Shown here: piece after piece, positions 50,245 through 60,213 of the stretch
Layout of the letters: every line of letters begins with the position of its first letter
How positions within the stretch are numbered: position 1 is the stretch's first letter
Origin: a candidate division BRC1 bacterium HGW-BRC1-1
GTDB taxonomy: Bacteria > Sumerlaeota > Sumerlaeia > Sumerlaeales > Sumerlaeaceae
Assembly: GCA_002842095.1 (NCBI GenBank)
Contig: PHCB01000006.1
Coordinates: 3,814-67,813 of the forward strand
DNA: 64,000 bases
Reading direction: 5' to 3'
Translations under genes and position numbers: made by a program
Notes under the pieces: model-generated
Seen by the model: only the letters and a program-made list of their open reading frames with translations
What the model was told of the DNA's origin: nothing
The model's database searches: none

Positions 50245-50966
50245 TAATTAGCCCTCGCGACAAATACCGTGCGGTTGATGGTCTGGTGGCGCGACCCATC
50301 ACCCCAGGTGATGGTGATGCGTGCGGTTTTACCATCGTCGATATAGAATTTTGACGTAGAGTCGGGATTCAGCGACCAGTTGGTCGAGGTTGCCCCGGTC
50401 AGATCGGCGGTCAAACTGAGCGTGTTTGCGGTGTTGCTTTGAATGCGCATAATCTGTGTGCGCCCGAGACCCTCGGTGATGGTGACGTAATGCCCCGTCC
50501 ATTCGTTGGTATTCCAAGCCGACAAACCAGCCGGGAAAGATGCGGTGAGGCTATTGCCGGTGGCCGACGCCACGCTCCCCCATCCTGTGAAGGTAAAAGA
50601 AACGTTATAAATCGTAGACGCCGATGGCTCGGAGGGGTTGCTATACACCGTTTGGGGGGTGAGAAATAGGCGGGCAAAGGCTCCCGACGGAGCTGCCTGA
50701 TCACCCAGATAGGCCGGAGTTGACGCGCGGATCATGGATGCATATTTTACAGCCAGATTGACGCCGTAAAGATGCTGGGTGTTGACCTCAGCCTGACGCG
50801 CGGTGAAAACCATGGCGCTGATGAAGGCCAGCGTGGTGATGGCAATGATGGCCACCGCGAACACGGCTTCGACAAGAACCATGCCTTTCTGTCGGTGAAA
50901 GCGAATGATCACAACGCACAGTCCTTGTGGGGCAAGTAGTGGGTAGGACGGATTACGGTTTTTCAT
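50244..50966 (-). CDS. Prepilin-type protein (pseudopilin-like)
   Basis: …RFHRQKG|MVLVEAVFAVAIIAITTLAF with Glu at +5. Start chosen at MKNRNP (ATG 50966); the ORF-track start at 51074 is less likely. 1-nt overlap with the next gene. Confidence 0.55.
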   Translation of the reverse strand: MKNRNPSYPLLAPQGLCVVIIRFHRQKGMVLVEAVFAVAIIAITTLAFISAMVFTARQAEVNTQHLYGVNLAVKYASMIRASTPAYLGDQAAPSGAFARLFLTPQTVYSNPSEPSASTIYNVSFTFTGWGSVASATGNSLTASFPAGLSAWNTNEWTGHYVTITEGLGRTQIMRIQSNTANTLSLTADLTGATSTNWSLNPDSTSKFYIDDGKTARITITWGDGSRHQTINRTVFVARAN

Positions 50967-51131
50967 AAGCAAACGGAGTGCCACATAATAAGTGGATCGG
51001 TGTGATGACAGAACACTGATAACGAATAGTTTAGATTTTAGGCACGGGCACCTGGCAGGGGAAAAGAGTTGCACAAAAAGAGTGCGTCGCTCATTATTTG
51101 TGCAGGCGACATGGGGGAGACCGGAGCGAGG

Positions 51132-51203
51132 GAATGGACGTTAATGGACGATATGGACACTATGGACGAAATGGACGGGGGTGGATTGGACGGATGGGAC
51201 AGG
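51132..51203. repeat. Tandem 9-mer array (A/T)ATGGACNN: AATGGACGTT-AATGGACGA-TATGGACAC-TATGGACGA-AATGGACGG…GGATTGGACGGATGGGACAGG, in the divergent promoter region between the pilin operon and the LysM-CE4 gene
   Basis: Related arrays at 60715–60760 and 62535–62585, each adjacent to a G7–G8 run. Confidence 0.7.
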
Positions 51204-51253
51204 CAATTTGGGTGCAGGTTGATGACCTTCGGGCTTTTCGAGTAGTTTGAGTT

Positions 51254-52351
51254 ATGATTAATCAAACATCAATCATCGCCCGCGGGTTGCTGGTGGCTGC
51301 CCTGTTGCCTTGGTTATGGGCCGATGCCAGCGGGGCGTGGTGGAATTCGCGTCGGTCGGCGCGGGAAACTCCCCCGCCGCCGGTGCCTGCCCGCTCCCAT
51401 CAAGCGCCGACCAGCCAGCCGGATCGTAAACAGCGTCGTGCGCTGCCGGAAGAAAATTTGTCGCCGGCTCCGGCTGCCGCGCCGGAAACGCCGGCACCTT
51501 TTGTTGCAATGGAACCAGGCACGGCGAGCGACTCGGGGTTCACGACGGTCACCTTTGATTTTTCCGTACCGATCAGAGAAGTTGCACGTTGGGGTGATTT
51601 GTCGACTTCCGAGATTCTGGCGGGAAACGGACTGACCTACAAACGCCTGCGGGCGGGGCAGGTGCTGAAAATTCCAGCTGTCGAAAACGGAATACCCGGG
51701 GAGGTCATGGCCGGGGAGATGTCGCGGGAAATCTGGCGCGGGGTGCGGGGAGCCCGGCGCATCGCGCTGACATTCGACGCCGGAGGCGAGAACGACGCCG
51801 CCGAGGAGTTGGTCGCGGTTTTGAAGGAGACGGAGACGTCGGCAAGTTTCTTCGCGACCGGGCGTTTTGCGCGGCGCTATCCCCGCGAGATGGCACTGCT
51901 GGCCTCTGCGGGTCCGGTCTATAATCATTCCGATACGCATCCGGATTTCACCACGATTTCGGCTGAAATGATCCGGGATGAATTACAACACGCGGAAGAT
52001 TCGGTGAGTTCCCAAACGGGGCAATCCACGAGACCATTTTTCCGTCCGCCTTTCGGCGAACGCAATCGCGCAGTTCTCGAAACCGCCGCAGACGCCGGGT
52101 GGAAAAGTGTCTATTGGACGCTGGACAGTCTGGACGGTTACGACGAAACGCTGAAAGGTGAAGAGCTGGCTCGCAATGTGTTGGAGCCGCGACGCACCAA
52201 CGGGGCCTCGGCGGACGAGTTTCTCGACGGGGCCATCGTGTTGATGCACGTGGGCAATCACGAAACGGTGAAGGCGCTGCCGGAAATTATCGGTGGGTTG
52301 CGCGAGCGCGGTTTCGAACTGGTTCCGCTGGACACACTTCTTCAGCCGTGA
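51254..52351 (+). CDS. LysM domain plus polysaccharide deacetylase (CE4/NodB) protein
   Basis: Signal/TM N-terminus; LysM (DLSTSEILAGNGLTYKRLRAGQVLKIP); NodB motifs TFDAGGEN…, HSDTHPDF, LMHVGN. Confidence 0.7.
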   Translation: MINQTSIIARGLLVAALLPWLWADASGAWWNSRRSARETPPPPVPARSHQAPTSQPDRKQRRALPEENLSPAPAAAPETPAPFVAMEPGTASDSGFTTVTFDFSVPIREVARWGDLSTSEILAGNGLTYKRLRAGQVLKIPAVENGIPGEVMAGEMSREIWRGVRGARRIALTFDAGGENDAAEELVAVLKETETSASFFATGRFARRYPREMALLASAGPVYNHSDTHPDFTTISAEMIRDELQHAEDSVSSQTGQSTRPFFRPPFGERNRAVLETAADAGWKSVYWTLDSLDGYDETLKGEELARNVLEPRRTNGASADEFLDGAIVLMHVGNHETVKALPEIIGGLRERGFELVPLDTLLQP

Positions 52352-52448
52352 TCAGCACGGTGCGGTGAAACGCGTTGCATTTTTACCCCGACAGGTTTCA
52401 AGGTCTGGGAAAATCGGAGCCTCGCGCCAGACCGGAGATCAATTCATC

Positions 52449-54260
52449 ATGATTGCAAAAGAGCTTGCTAACGCCGTACGGGATTTTGCCCGGGGAGCCG
52501 ACGCGCAAACCTTGCGCGAAACGGTGGACTTCCTGGCAGAGGCGATGGAACAACCCGACACCGCCACGCGGGTGGAGGACGCCTTTTCGCGCGATCTGGA
52601 TTTTGGCACGGGGGGTTTGAGGGGCATCATGGGGCCGGGTCCGAACCGCATGAATCGGATGACGCTGGCGCGGGCCACGCAGGGATTTGCCAACTACATT
52701 CGCGGGGCGGCGGTGGACAATCCCGCCGTTTGCATCGCATACGATTCGCGCCGGCGCTCGCGCGAATTCGCCGAGGTGGCCGCGGGTGTTCTGGCTGGCA
52801 ACGGCGTGCGCGCGCTGGTGTTCGAGGATGTGCGGGCGACGCCCATCCTTTCGTTTGCGGTGCGGCACGAGGGCGCCACGGGCGGCATCGTGGTGACGGC
52901 GAGTCACAACCCGAAAGAGTATAACGGCTACAAAGTATATTGGCGCGATGGGGCGCAGGTCATTCCGCCGCAGGACCGGGGCATTATTGCCGAAGTGCGT
53001 CAGGTGGCGGGGGGCGATGCGATACGCCAGGTGGATTTCAGCGAAGGGCTGAAGTCGGGCATGATCCGATTGCTGGGCCGCGAAATTGACGAGGCTTATC
53101 TGGCGGCGATCGACGTGCAACGATGCCTGCGCGAGACGGCCACGAAACACGGTGGGGATTTGTCCATCGTGTACACACCCCTGCATGGCACGGGTGTACG
53201 GTCGGTGCCGCCGGCGCTGGCGGCATGGGGATTCACGAACGTGAATCTGGTGCGCGAACAGGCGGAGCCCGACGGCGAATTTCCCACGGCACCCAGCCCG
53301 AACCCCGAGGAGCGAGACGCGCTGAAGCTGGCGCTGGAACTGGCCCGCGAGGAGAATGCGGATATCGTGATGGCGACCGACCCCGACGCCGACCGCATCG
53401 GCGTGGCGGTGCGCCACGAGGGCGAGATGCGTTTGCTTACCGGGAACGAAATGGGGGCGCTGCTGGTGTGGTGGTTGTGCAACGGAAGCATGCGCGGTGG
53501 AACCGACCCGGAGAATGGGTTGGTGGTGAAATCGATCGTCACCACGGAACTGATTCGCGCCGTGGCCGAGGCGAAGAATGTGGCCGTGGAGGATGTGCTG
53601 ACCGGCTTCAAATGGATTGCCCGTGTGATGCGCCTGAACGAGGAGGCGCAGGCCGAGGGTAAACCCGGGAAAAATTTCCTCATGGGTTGCGAGGAAAGTT
53701 ATGGCTATCTGGTGGGCGACCATGCGCGCGATAAGGATGCCGTGGTGACAGCCTGCGTGACCGCTGAAATGGCACTGTGGGCGAAACACAATGGCAAGAC
53801 GCTGGTGGATTTGCTGCATGAACTTTTCACCCGCCACGGCGTTCACGTGGAGAGCCAGCTGAGCAAGACCATGAAGGGCGTGACGGGGATGCAGGCCATG
53901 GCGGAAATGATGGACGCCCTGCGGGCCGATCCTCCGAAAGAGGTTGCAGGCATTGCGGTGAAGGAAGTGCTGGATGTGGAAAAAAACATTGTGAGAGAGA
54001 TGACCTCGGGCACCACAAAAGAAGGTCCCGACCTTCCCGCCAGCAATGTTTTGATCTTCCGGCTCATGGATGGCAGCGTGGTGGTGGCTCGTCCGTCGGG
54101 GACGGAACCGAAGATTAAATTTTATTTCATGGTGGTTGACCGCGAGGGCATTCCCTTCGCGGATGCGGGGGTTCTGGGTGAGCGTCTGGACGCCTGCCGC
54201 GCAAAAGAAGAAGCTTTGAAGGCCGATTTTAATGGAAAGCTTGAAGCACTGAGCCGTTAG
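52449..54260 (+). CDS. Alpha-D-phosphohexomutase (phosphoglucomutase/phosphomannomutase family, PgcA-like)
   Basis: Active-site TASHNPKEYNGYKVYW; metal-binding DPDADR; sugar-binding GCEESYGYL. ORF-track start at 52293 is upstream; ATG 52449 (MIAKELANAV) is preferred. Confidence 0.8.
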   Translation: MIAKELANAVRDFARGADAQTLRETVDFLAEAMEQPDTATRVEDAFSRDLDFGTGGLRGIMGPGPNRMNRMTLARATQGFANYIRGAAVDNPAVCIAYDSRRRSREFAEVAAGVLAGNGVRALVFEDVRATPILSFAVRHEGATGGIVVTASHNPKEYNGYKVYWRDGAQVIPPQDRGIIAEVRQVAGGDAIRQVDFSEGLKSGMIRLLGREIDEAYLAAIDVQRCLRETATKHGGDLSIVYTPLHGTGVRSVPPALAAWGFTNVNLVREQAEPDGEFPTAPSPNPEERDALKLALELAREENADIVMATDPDADRIGVAVRHEGEMRLLTGNEMGALLVWWLCNGSMRGGTDPENGLVVKSIVTTELIRAVAEAKNVAVEDVLTGFKWIARVMRLNEEAQAEGKPGKNFLMGCEESYGYLVGDHARDKDAVVTACVTAEMALWAKHNGKTLVDLLHELFTRHGVHVESQLSKTMKGVTGMQAMAEMMDALRADPPKEVAGIAVKEVLDVEKNIVREMTSGTTKEGPDLPASNVLIFRLMDGSVVVARPSGTEPKIKFYFMVVDREGIPFADAGVLGERLDACRAKEEALKADFNGKLEALSR

Positions 54261-54405
54261 CTCTGCCCGTGAGAGGTGAGGAACGTCTCCTGATGAAGTC
54301 GTTTTCTGTTGCGGACAAAAGCATTGACTTGCATCGTTGATCAACCATGGTTTGAAGCACATCAGTTCACCGTCTGGGTGAACGGAGAAAGGTCGTTATC
54401 ACGCA

Positions 54406-55509
54406 ATGCGTGTGAAATATGTAGTGTTGGCAACCCTTCTGAGCGCTGCCGCAGGGCTGGCGCCGGCGCAAATGCTGGCTGAACTTGACGCGGCTCAGGC
54501 TGGGCAGAATCAACTGAACCAAGGCAGCGTCACGGGCGGCCTCGACGCGGGCGGTCTTCAGAACCGTGCAAACACCGCGGCTCAACAAGCAAATGGCTTG
54601 CCGGCCTTGCCGGGCACAAGCACCAACCTGCCAAACCCCACGGGCGGTTTTGCTCCACCAGCGGCCGGGCCTCTGCCGGGCTTGGGCGATCCCTCGTTGG
54701 GTGCACCGATGCAGGCCGGGCCCGAGGGCGCCATGGGCGATCCGGGCCTGGGTCAACCAGGAATGTACTCCCCTCAGCAGGGACAGCAGGGCGCGGTCCC
54801 CACACCAACGCCTCTTCCCACCATCGAAGTGCTCACGGGCAAGCGCGTCTTCTGTGCCGTGTGCGGCACGATGCTGGAAGATGCTTACAAAGTGCGTGTG
54901 TATGAAACCGACATGAATTCCTACGCCGACGACGGCGTTGTGGACAATGGCGTGGCCGGCGACGGTCTGCGTGGCAACGTGGAGACCATCAAAAACAATT
55001 ACGTCGGTGCCGCATGTCACGAAATTCGCACGCGGCTTATTAACGCCGTGCGCGGGGCCGAAGACATGCGCCCCCCCAGCATGATTGGCAAGTACGAGGA
55101 AAGCCCTTATTATCTGGAAGACCCTGAAAGCCGCCAGAAACGCATGGAGGCCCAGTTGCGTCAGCGTGCGCAGGAGGAAAGCACCATGCATTTCTTCCGC
55201 TATCACGTGGCTACCATCGACCCCACCGACAAGTCGGGTATGCCTTATCTCGTTAAACAAGAAGAGCAGCGGGACAATTATCTGGCCGAGTGGAACAACC
55301 GTTTCCTGGCCAAATTCCGCATGAAGTCAGAAGACCCTCAAAGCGAGTATTATCCGCTGTATATCCCCCAGCCACCCCTTCCGCCCACGCGTACACTTCC
55401 CGCTGGTTACGTCTCCCCGCAGCAGATGCGTACTGGCGCACAACCCGGTCAGATTGGAGCAGGAGCCGCCGCTGGTCCGAACATTTTCAACGGCGACCCC
55501 GTCATTTAA
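54406..55509 (+). CDS. Secreted hypothetical protein with a Gly/Pro/Gln-rich N-terminal half and a conserved-looking C-terminal domain
   Basis: Signal peptide MRVKYVVLATLLSAAAGLAPAQ; CxxC (CAVCG) motif; no family assigned. Confidence 0.45.
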   Translation: MRVKYVVLATLLSAAAGLAPAQMLAELDAAQAGQNQLNQGSVTGGLDAGGLQNRANTAAQQANGLPALPGTSTNLPNPTGGFAPPAAGPLPGLGDPSLGAPMQAGPEGAMGDPGLGQPGMYSPQQGQQGAVPTPTPLPTIEVLTGKRVFCAVCGTMLEDAYKVRVYETDMNSYADDGVVDNGVAGDGLRGNVETIKNNYVGAACHEIRTRLINAVRGAEDMRPPSMIGKYEESPYYLEDPESRQKRMEAQLRQRAQEESTMHFFRYHVATIDPTDKSGMPYLVKQEEQRDNYLAEWNNRFLAKFRMKSEDPQSEYYPLYIPQPPLPPTRTLPAGYVSPQQMRTGAQPGQIGAGAAAGPNIFNGDPVI

Positions 55510-55716
55510 CCCGTGTCGCCCTTTGGCACAGAGAATTCACTTGCTTGCCCCCCGGACTCACTTCGGGGTTGATTGTGGTCTGTTTGCAGTTTTTCAATTT
55601 GCCCGTTTCCATATCGACACGTCTGCGTGGCGCGGCAATAGCGGTGCCTTTGTTGGACATGGTCCGACATGGGTTTTAAGAGATGATATTTCAAGGATGA
55701 ATCGACACTAACAAGC

Positions 55717-56280
55717 ATGGCTGCCAGTGGTCCAAAACCCCCATCGCCCCAAGAGTTGGCGCTTGCTGATGCCGAGCACCTTATGGAATTGTGGATGCTC
55801 ACGCGTCAATATTTTCAGAAGGCGAACACGGAAGACCCCATCACGCGAGAAGATGAACAGCAATTCCTCGAGATGAAGAGCGACATCACCAAGTATCAAC
55901 GCACGGTGACGCCCAAGATGCCCGAAGGTGTGAGCTATGGGGCCGAGCGCATGACGGACTTGTTGCGTCAAAGCATCTCCATTTCGCATCTGCGCGGGTT
56001 GCCAAAGCCAGACCGAGTGGCACTGATCATCACCTGGCATAGTGTTTTTATACAGTTAACGCGGGCCGTTGGCTCGTTAAAGTTTATCTCGGAAGGTTGG
56101 ATCCCGCGGGCGCAGCAGAAGACCGGTGGATCGAACATTTCGGATTTGAAGAAGGCCGCTGGCAAGAAAACGGGCGAGAAAGCCGCTTGGACGAAGCCTA
56201 AGTTCTGGGTCATTGTGGTGTTCGTGATTGTCGGCGGCTGGTTTGCTTATCAGCGTCTTCAATCATCCGGCATATTGTAA
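55717..56280 (+). CDS. Small protein (187 aa) with a C-terminal TM helix; paralog of 60214..60624
   Basis: ELWMLTRQYFQK…ITREDEQQFLEMKSDI…ALIITWHSVFIQLTRAVGSLK aligns with RLWQEYFKFF…ITEQQEKQFFQLMNIL…LLIDWHTLFISMNKTIGKLK in the downstream paralog. Confidence 0.5.
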   Translation: MAASGPKPPSPQELALADAEHLMELWMLTRQYFQKANTEDPITREDEQQFLEMKSDITKYQRTVTPKMPEGVSYGAERMTDLLRQSISISHLRGLPKPDRVALIITWHSVFIQLTRAVGSLKFISEGWIPRAQQKTGGSNISDLKKAAGKKTGEKAAWTKPKFWVIVVFVIVGGWFAYQRLQSSGIL

Positions 56281-56380
56281 TAAAGTTTTTACCCCCGGGC
56301 TCCGGCGGCTTTGGCCGGCGGAAAGCACGGGTTTGCAAGGTAGGATTGTTTAACAGGGTTCCACGAGAGAAGACAGGTTA

Positions 56381-59300
56381 GTGAGGGTGAGCATCGTGAG
56401 AAACGTTCGCAGGCTCAAGATTGAGAAGATTGCAGCCGTGGCCATCATGGCGGCATTTTGTTTTGCGCCGTTGGGTTGCAGCAAGCAGCGCGCAGACCTC
56501 AGCTTGAAAAAAGCCAATAACAATATAAATACGGCCCGCAGTTGGGACGCCGATAAGTACGACGAGAGCAAGGCCGACTTTAACGCAGCGGCTGAGGCTG
56601 CGAAGGCGGCGCAATCGTCGATGGATGGGCAGCAATATCCCCAAGCCCTGACATCTGCGCAAGACGCCGTGAAAAAGAGCGAGGCTGCCATCAATGCGGC
56701 CAAGGTGCGGTTCGCAGAACAAAACCGTACCGCTGCCAAAACGGCCCTCGACGTGGCGAACAAGAACAACGGTCGCGACGAAGACCAAAAACTCTTCGAT
56801 GAGGCTCAGGAACAACTGACCGTTGCCGAGGAAAAACTCGCCAAGCAGAAGTATGAGGACTCCATCGAAGCGAGCGCCAAGGCCGTCAGCGCCGTGGATC
56901 AGCTTCTGGCCCGCTTGAAAAACGAGAGCGAGAAGATGCTCGAGGATCTGCAAACCAAGCGCAAGAACCTCGAAGACGCCCAGGCGAACAACTTCCTGCC
57001 CAACTCCCTCATCAATATTAACAACGCCATCAATCAGGTGGAAAAGAAAGTCAAAGAAGAGCGCGACTACAAGCAGGCGCTCATTATTGCCAAGGCCGCA
57101 GCCACTGAGGCAGACGAAAACCTGAATGAAACCAAGAAGCGCCATGGCAAGCAATTGCTGGAAACTCTGGAGAGCAAAATCGCCGAGGCGATCAGTGAAG
57201 AGGCGCCCATCTACGCCGCCGAACAATTGAAGACCACGCAAGAATCCTTCGAAAGCATCCTGAAGGATTTTTACGACAACCAGTTCGACTCCGTGCTCGA
57301 CGGCGCCCAGCGGCTCGTCCCCAAGACCGATCAGCTCATCACGATCACCCGGATTGAGGCGACGAAGGACAAGATCGCCAACGTGAACAGCAGCATCACG
57401 GCGCTGAAAGAGCAGGATGTGGAACGCTACCTGCCGGGCCGTTTGCAGCCGATTCAGGTAATTGCAACGGAAGCTGAACTGCTGTTCAATAACAACGACT
57501 ACAACGGCGCGAAGCAGAAGGCGCTGGATGGTCTGGCCGAGCGCGACCGTGTGGTTGCGGCCTTCGATTCACTGGCCGAGCAGACGATCACGGTGGCCGA
57601 TCAGGCTTTGAACGCAGCAACGCAGACCTATGAGAAGATGCTCAGTTTCTTTGCGGCTCCCGCCACGCGGGTTGCTGCGGTGGATTCCCGCATCGAAGCA
57701 CGCCGCCAGAGCGAGGCTACCGACCTGGCCGCCCGCCGTAAGGCCGCCGCCGAAAACCTTGATGCCGCAAAAAACAACCGCACCCAAAGCCAGTTCAAGA
57801 AGGCTATCGAGCAGGGCAAGGAAGTCGCCGTATCTGCCGAGAGCGTGATGAACGGCACATTCAAAATCGTGGCCGAGCATGCGTTGCTGAGCGTGCAGGA
57901 CGAGATTTCGGTACTGGAGCGCGAAGGCGCCCGCGTCGAGGCTCCCCGGCAGCTTAACGAAGTGCAGGCGTTGGTGGAAGCCACGCAGAACCTGATCCGC
58001 GACAACAAAAACCGCGAGGCGGCCGAGTACACGGCAAAAGCCCGCGCTTATCTGGAGAACGTGAAGCAGGAGCTCTCGCGCCGCGCTCTCGAAGAGCGTG
58101 ACCGCGCCGACCAGATGATCCGTCGTCTGGAAGGCTCCGCTGCCACCCGCGAATTCCCGGGTGGCAGCGACCTGAACAACAAGGAAGCAATGTTCGCTGA
58201 AGTGGAACAACTGGCTTCCGAGCAGACCGCTCCCGTTCAGCTTGCGCAGACCTATGCTTCGCCCAACACGGTGGTTCCCGGACCGGGTGGGGCGTCGAAC
58301 CTGAACTCCAACAAGCAATACCCAAGTGGAACATACGCCACCGACGGCCCGGCGGGTTCTTTGAATTACGCCGCCCGCAACACGAATGAGCCCAACGGTG
58401 CCATCATCGGCACGCGCCCCGAGCCGATCGTCCGCACGCACGAGAATGCGGGCATCTCCTTCGGAAACGCGCCGTATGAGGGAGCCAATGCTCCTGGTCC
58501 GTTCGTTGCCGTCAGTGCTGCTCCGGCAGGCTCTGCCATGAGCTACTCAGCGGGAACCGGCGAAGTATCCGACATCAGCGCGGTCGTCTACGAAATCCTC
58601 AGCGACGACACCCGTGTTCGCGACATCCAGAAGTACGAGCCTGCTGCCGTGAACGAAGCGCGTGCAAAGCTGAAGGAATCGACCGATGCCCTTGTGGCGC
58701 AGAACTACGCAGCGGCGCTGACCGCCTCGAAGGAAGCGCAACGGATCATCGTGGAAGCGGAAATGCGCGCGGCAGCCGCGGCAGCTCGCGAGAACCTGCA
58801 AGCCGCAGCCGATCGCATTAACCTGGCCGAAGTTTCCTCAGCCGCCATGTTCGCCCCGGCGCAACTGATGGAAGCCATCAAACTCTTCCGCCAGTCGGAA
58901 GACTTCCTCACCAAGGGAATGAACATCGAAGCGCGCGACGCCTCGCAGCGTGCAGTCATTGCTGCCGACGACGCCCGCCTTTACAACGTGAACAAGGCCC
59001 GCGACATGGCATCGCTCTCCACCCGCTACGGCGGTTGGAAAGCCGCCCATCCCCCGCTGCTGGCAGCCGAGCAAAAAGCTTCCATCGCCGAGGACATGCT
59101 GGCCGATCCGAACACCGCCGCCCAGGGTCAGGCTCTGGCTCAGGAGGCCGTGGTTTGCGCCCAGATCGCTCTGGACGCCGCCCGCGACTTCACCTTCCAG
59201 GAGCGCCTCGACAACATCCACAAGGCGTTGAACACCGCTCTGCGCGCTGGTGCAAATTACTTCAACGTGTCTGAAGTGAAACGCCTCATCGCCGAACTGG

Positions 59301-60088
59301 CCATTGCCCGCGACGAGTATAACTCACGCAACTTCGACGCCGTGGAACTGAAGTTGAAAGACATCGAAGCCCGGCTCGCCCGCGTCATCGAAAGCACCCC
59401 GCTGGTGCTTCAGGAGAACCTGACGGACCTGACCGAGAAGCTGAACGCTCTGGTCGAGGCTGGTGCGGAAAACTTCTTCATGGCGCAGGAAGTCGACGAC
59501 GTGAAGTCGCTGATGAACCGCTCCGCCATCGACTTCCGCAAGCATGACTATCAGTCGTCCTACACGAATCTGAAGAACGCCATGAAGCTGACCGATTCCA
59601 TCGAACTGCGTCTGCAGGAGCAGGTTTACTTTGACTCGGTGACCGAGCTTTTCGCGCAACTTGACAAGGCTTTCCGCAACTTCAGCACCGTGCTGAATGC
59701 GGACCGGGCCATGCTGAAGAAGCTCGTCACGCTGCCCAACGGCATGCAGGCGTCCATCAACATCACCGGTCAGGCCAGCCCCAATCTGTTCAAAGACACC
59801 GTGAACGACATCTATCTGCGCGCCATTCATCTCAAGCCGCCGACATCGCAAGAAGGCACGCACCGCGAGTTGCTGGTAGCCATCAAGTACGCCCGCACTG
59901 CGGCCGAGAACTTCCAGAAGCTTTACATTCTGGATCAGGTCTCGCGGCCCGACGCGTACGACATCATTGAGACGGCCTTTGCCCAGATCGACAAGTCGAA
60001 GATCATGCGCAGTGAGATTCAGATCAAGCTGATCGACCCGCAAGCCCGCACCACGGTCATCCACGCCGAGAAAATCGTTAACTACTGA
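56381..60088 (+). CDS. Giant (1235-aa) secreted/lipoprotein-like alpha-helical repeat protein
   Basis: Signal peptide with Cys (…AAFCFAPLGCSKQ), then at least 8 tandem approximately 100–150-aa helical modules sharing an aromatic-A-x-x-(Q/E)-(L/V) start (IYAAEQL, MFAPAQL, YFNVSEV, FFMAQEV), reminiscent of DUF4398-type helical repeats. Highly charged, coiled-coil-like. Confidence 0.6.
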   Translation: MRVSIVRNVRRLKIEKIAAVAIMAAFCFAPLGCSKQRADLSLKKANNNINTARSWDADKYDESKADFNAAAEAAKAAQSSMDGQQYPQALTSAQDAVKKSEAAINAAKVRFAEQNRTAAKTALDVANKNNGRDEDQKLFDEAQEQLTVAEEKLAKQKYEDSIEASAKAVSAVDQLLARLKNESEKMLEDLQTKRKNLEDAQANNFLPNSLININNAINQVEKKVKEERDYKQALIIAKAAATEADENLNETKKRHGKQLLETLESKIAEAISEEAPIYAAEQLKTTQESFESILKDFYDNQFDSVLDGAQRLVPKTDQLITITRIEATKDKIANVNSSITALKEQDVERYLPGRLQPIQVIATEAELLFNNNDYNGAKQKALDGLAERDRVVAAFDSLAEQTITVADQALNAATQTYEKMLSFFAAPATRVAAVDSRIEARRQSEATDLAARRKAAAENLDAAKNNRTQSQFKKAIEQGKEVAVSAESVMNGTFKIVAEHALLSVQDEISVLEREGARVEAPRQLNEVQALVEATQNLIRDNKNREAAEYTAKARAYLENVKQELSRRALEERDRADQMIRRLEGSAATREFPGGSDLNNKEAMFAEVEQLASEQTAPVQLAQTYASPNTVVPGPGGASNLNSNKQYPSGTYATDGPAGSLNYAARNTNEPNGAIIGTRPEPIVRTHENAGISFGNAPYEGANAPGPFVAVSAAPAGSAMSYSAGTGEVSDISAVVYEILSDDTRVRDIQKYEPAAVNEARAKLKESTDALVAQNYAAALTASKEAQRIIVEAEMRAAAAAARENLQAAADRINLAEVSSAAMFAPAQLMEAIKLFRQSEDFLTKGMNIEARDASQRAVIAADDARLYNVNKARDMASLSTRYGGWKAAHPPLLAAEQKASIAEDMLADPNTAAQGQALAQEAVVCAQIALDAARDFTFQERLDNIHKALNTALRAGANYFNVSEVKRLIAELAIARDEYNSRNFDAVELKLKDIEARLARVIESTPLVLQENLTDLTEKLNALVEAGAENFFMAQEVDDVKSLMNRSAIDFRKHDYQSSYTNLKNAMKLTDSIELRLQEQVYFDSVTELFAQLDKAFRNFSTVLNADRAMLKKLVTLPNGMQASINITGQASPNLFKDTVNDIYLRAIHLKPPTSQEGTHRELLVAIKYARTAAENFQKLYILDQVSRPDAYDIIETAFAQIDKSKIMRSEIQIKLIDPQARTTVIHAEKIVNY

Positions 60089-60099
60089 GGTAACCGCCT

Positions 60100-60207
60100 G
60101 TGGACCTGAACTACGTAACTCAAGTCGAGATCATCTTCATCGTGGCCGTGCTGGCTTTTGCCGGCTATGTGTTCTATGCCCTCGACCTTTACAAGAAGGG
60201 CCGGTAA
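60100..60207 (+). CDS. 35-aa single-TM mini-protein (GTG start) 12 nt after the giant gene stop
   Basis: VDLNYVTQVEIIFIVAVLAFAGYVFYALDLYKKGR; GAGG Shine-Dalgarno sequence 8 nt upstream. Below the ORF-track size cut-off. Resembles the C-terminal TM helix of paralog 55717..56280. Confidence 0.4.
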   Translation: MDLNYVTQVEIIFIVAVLAFAGYVFYALDLYKKGR

Positions 60208-60213
60208 TCAACG

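Noticed and set aside
51132-51203. DnaA-box cluster / replication origin
   Set aside because: The 9-mer (A/T)ATGGACNN and its complement do not match the TTATCCACA/TGTGGATAA consensus. No dnaA or dnaN is nearby.
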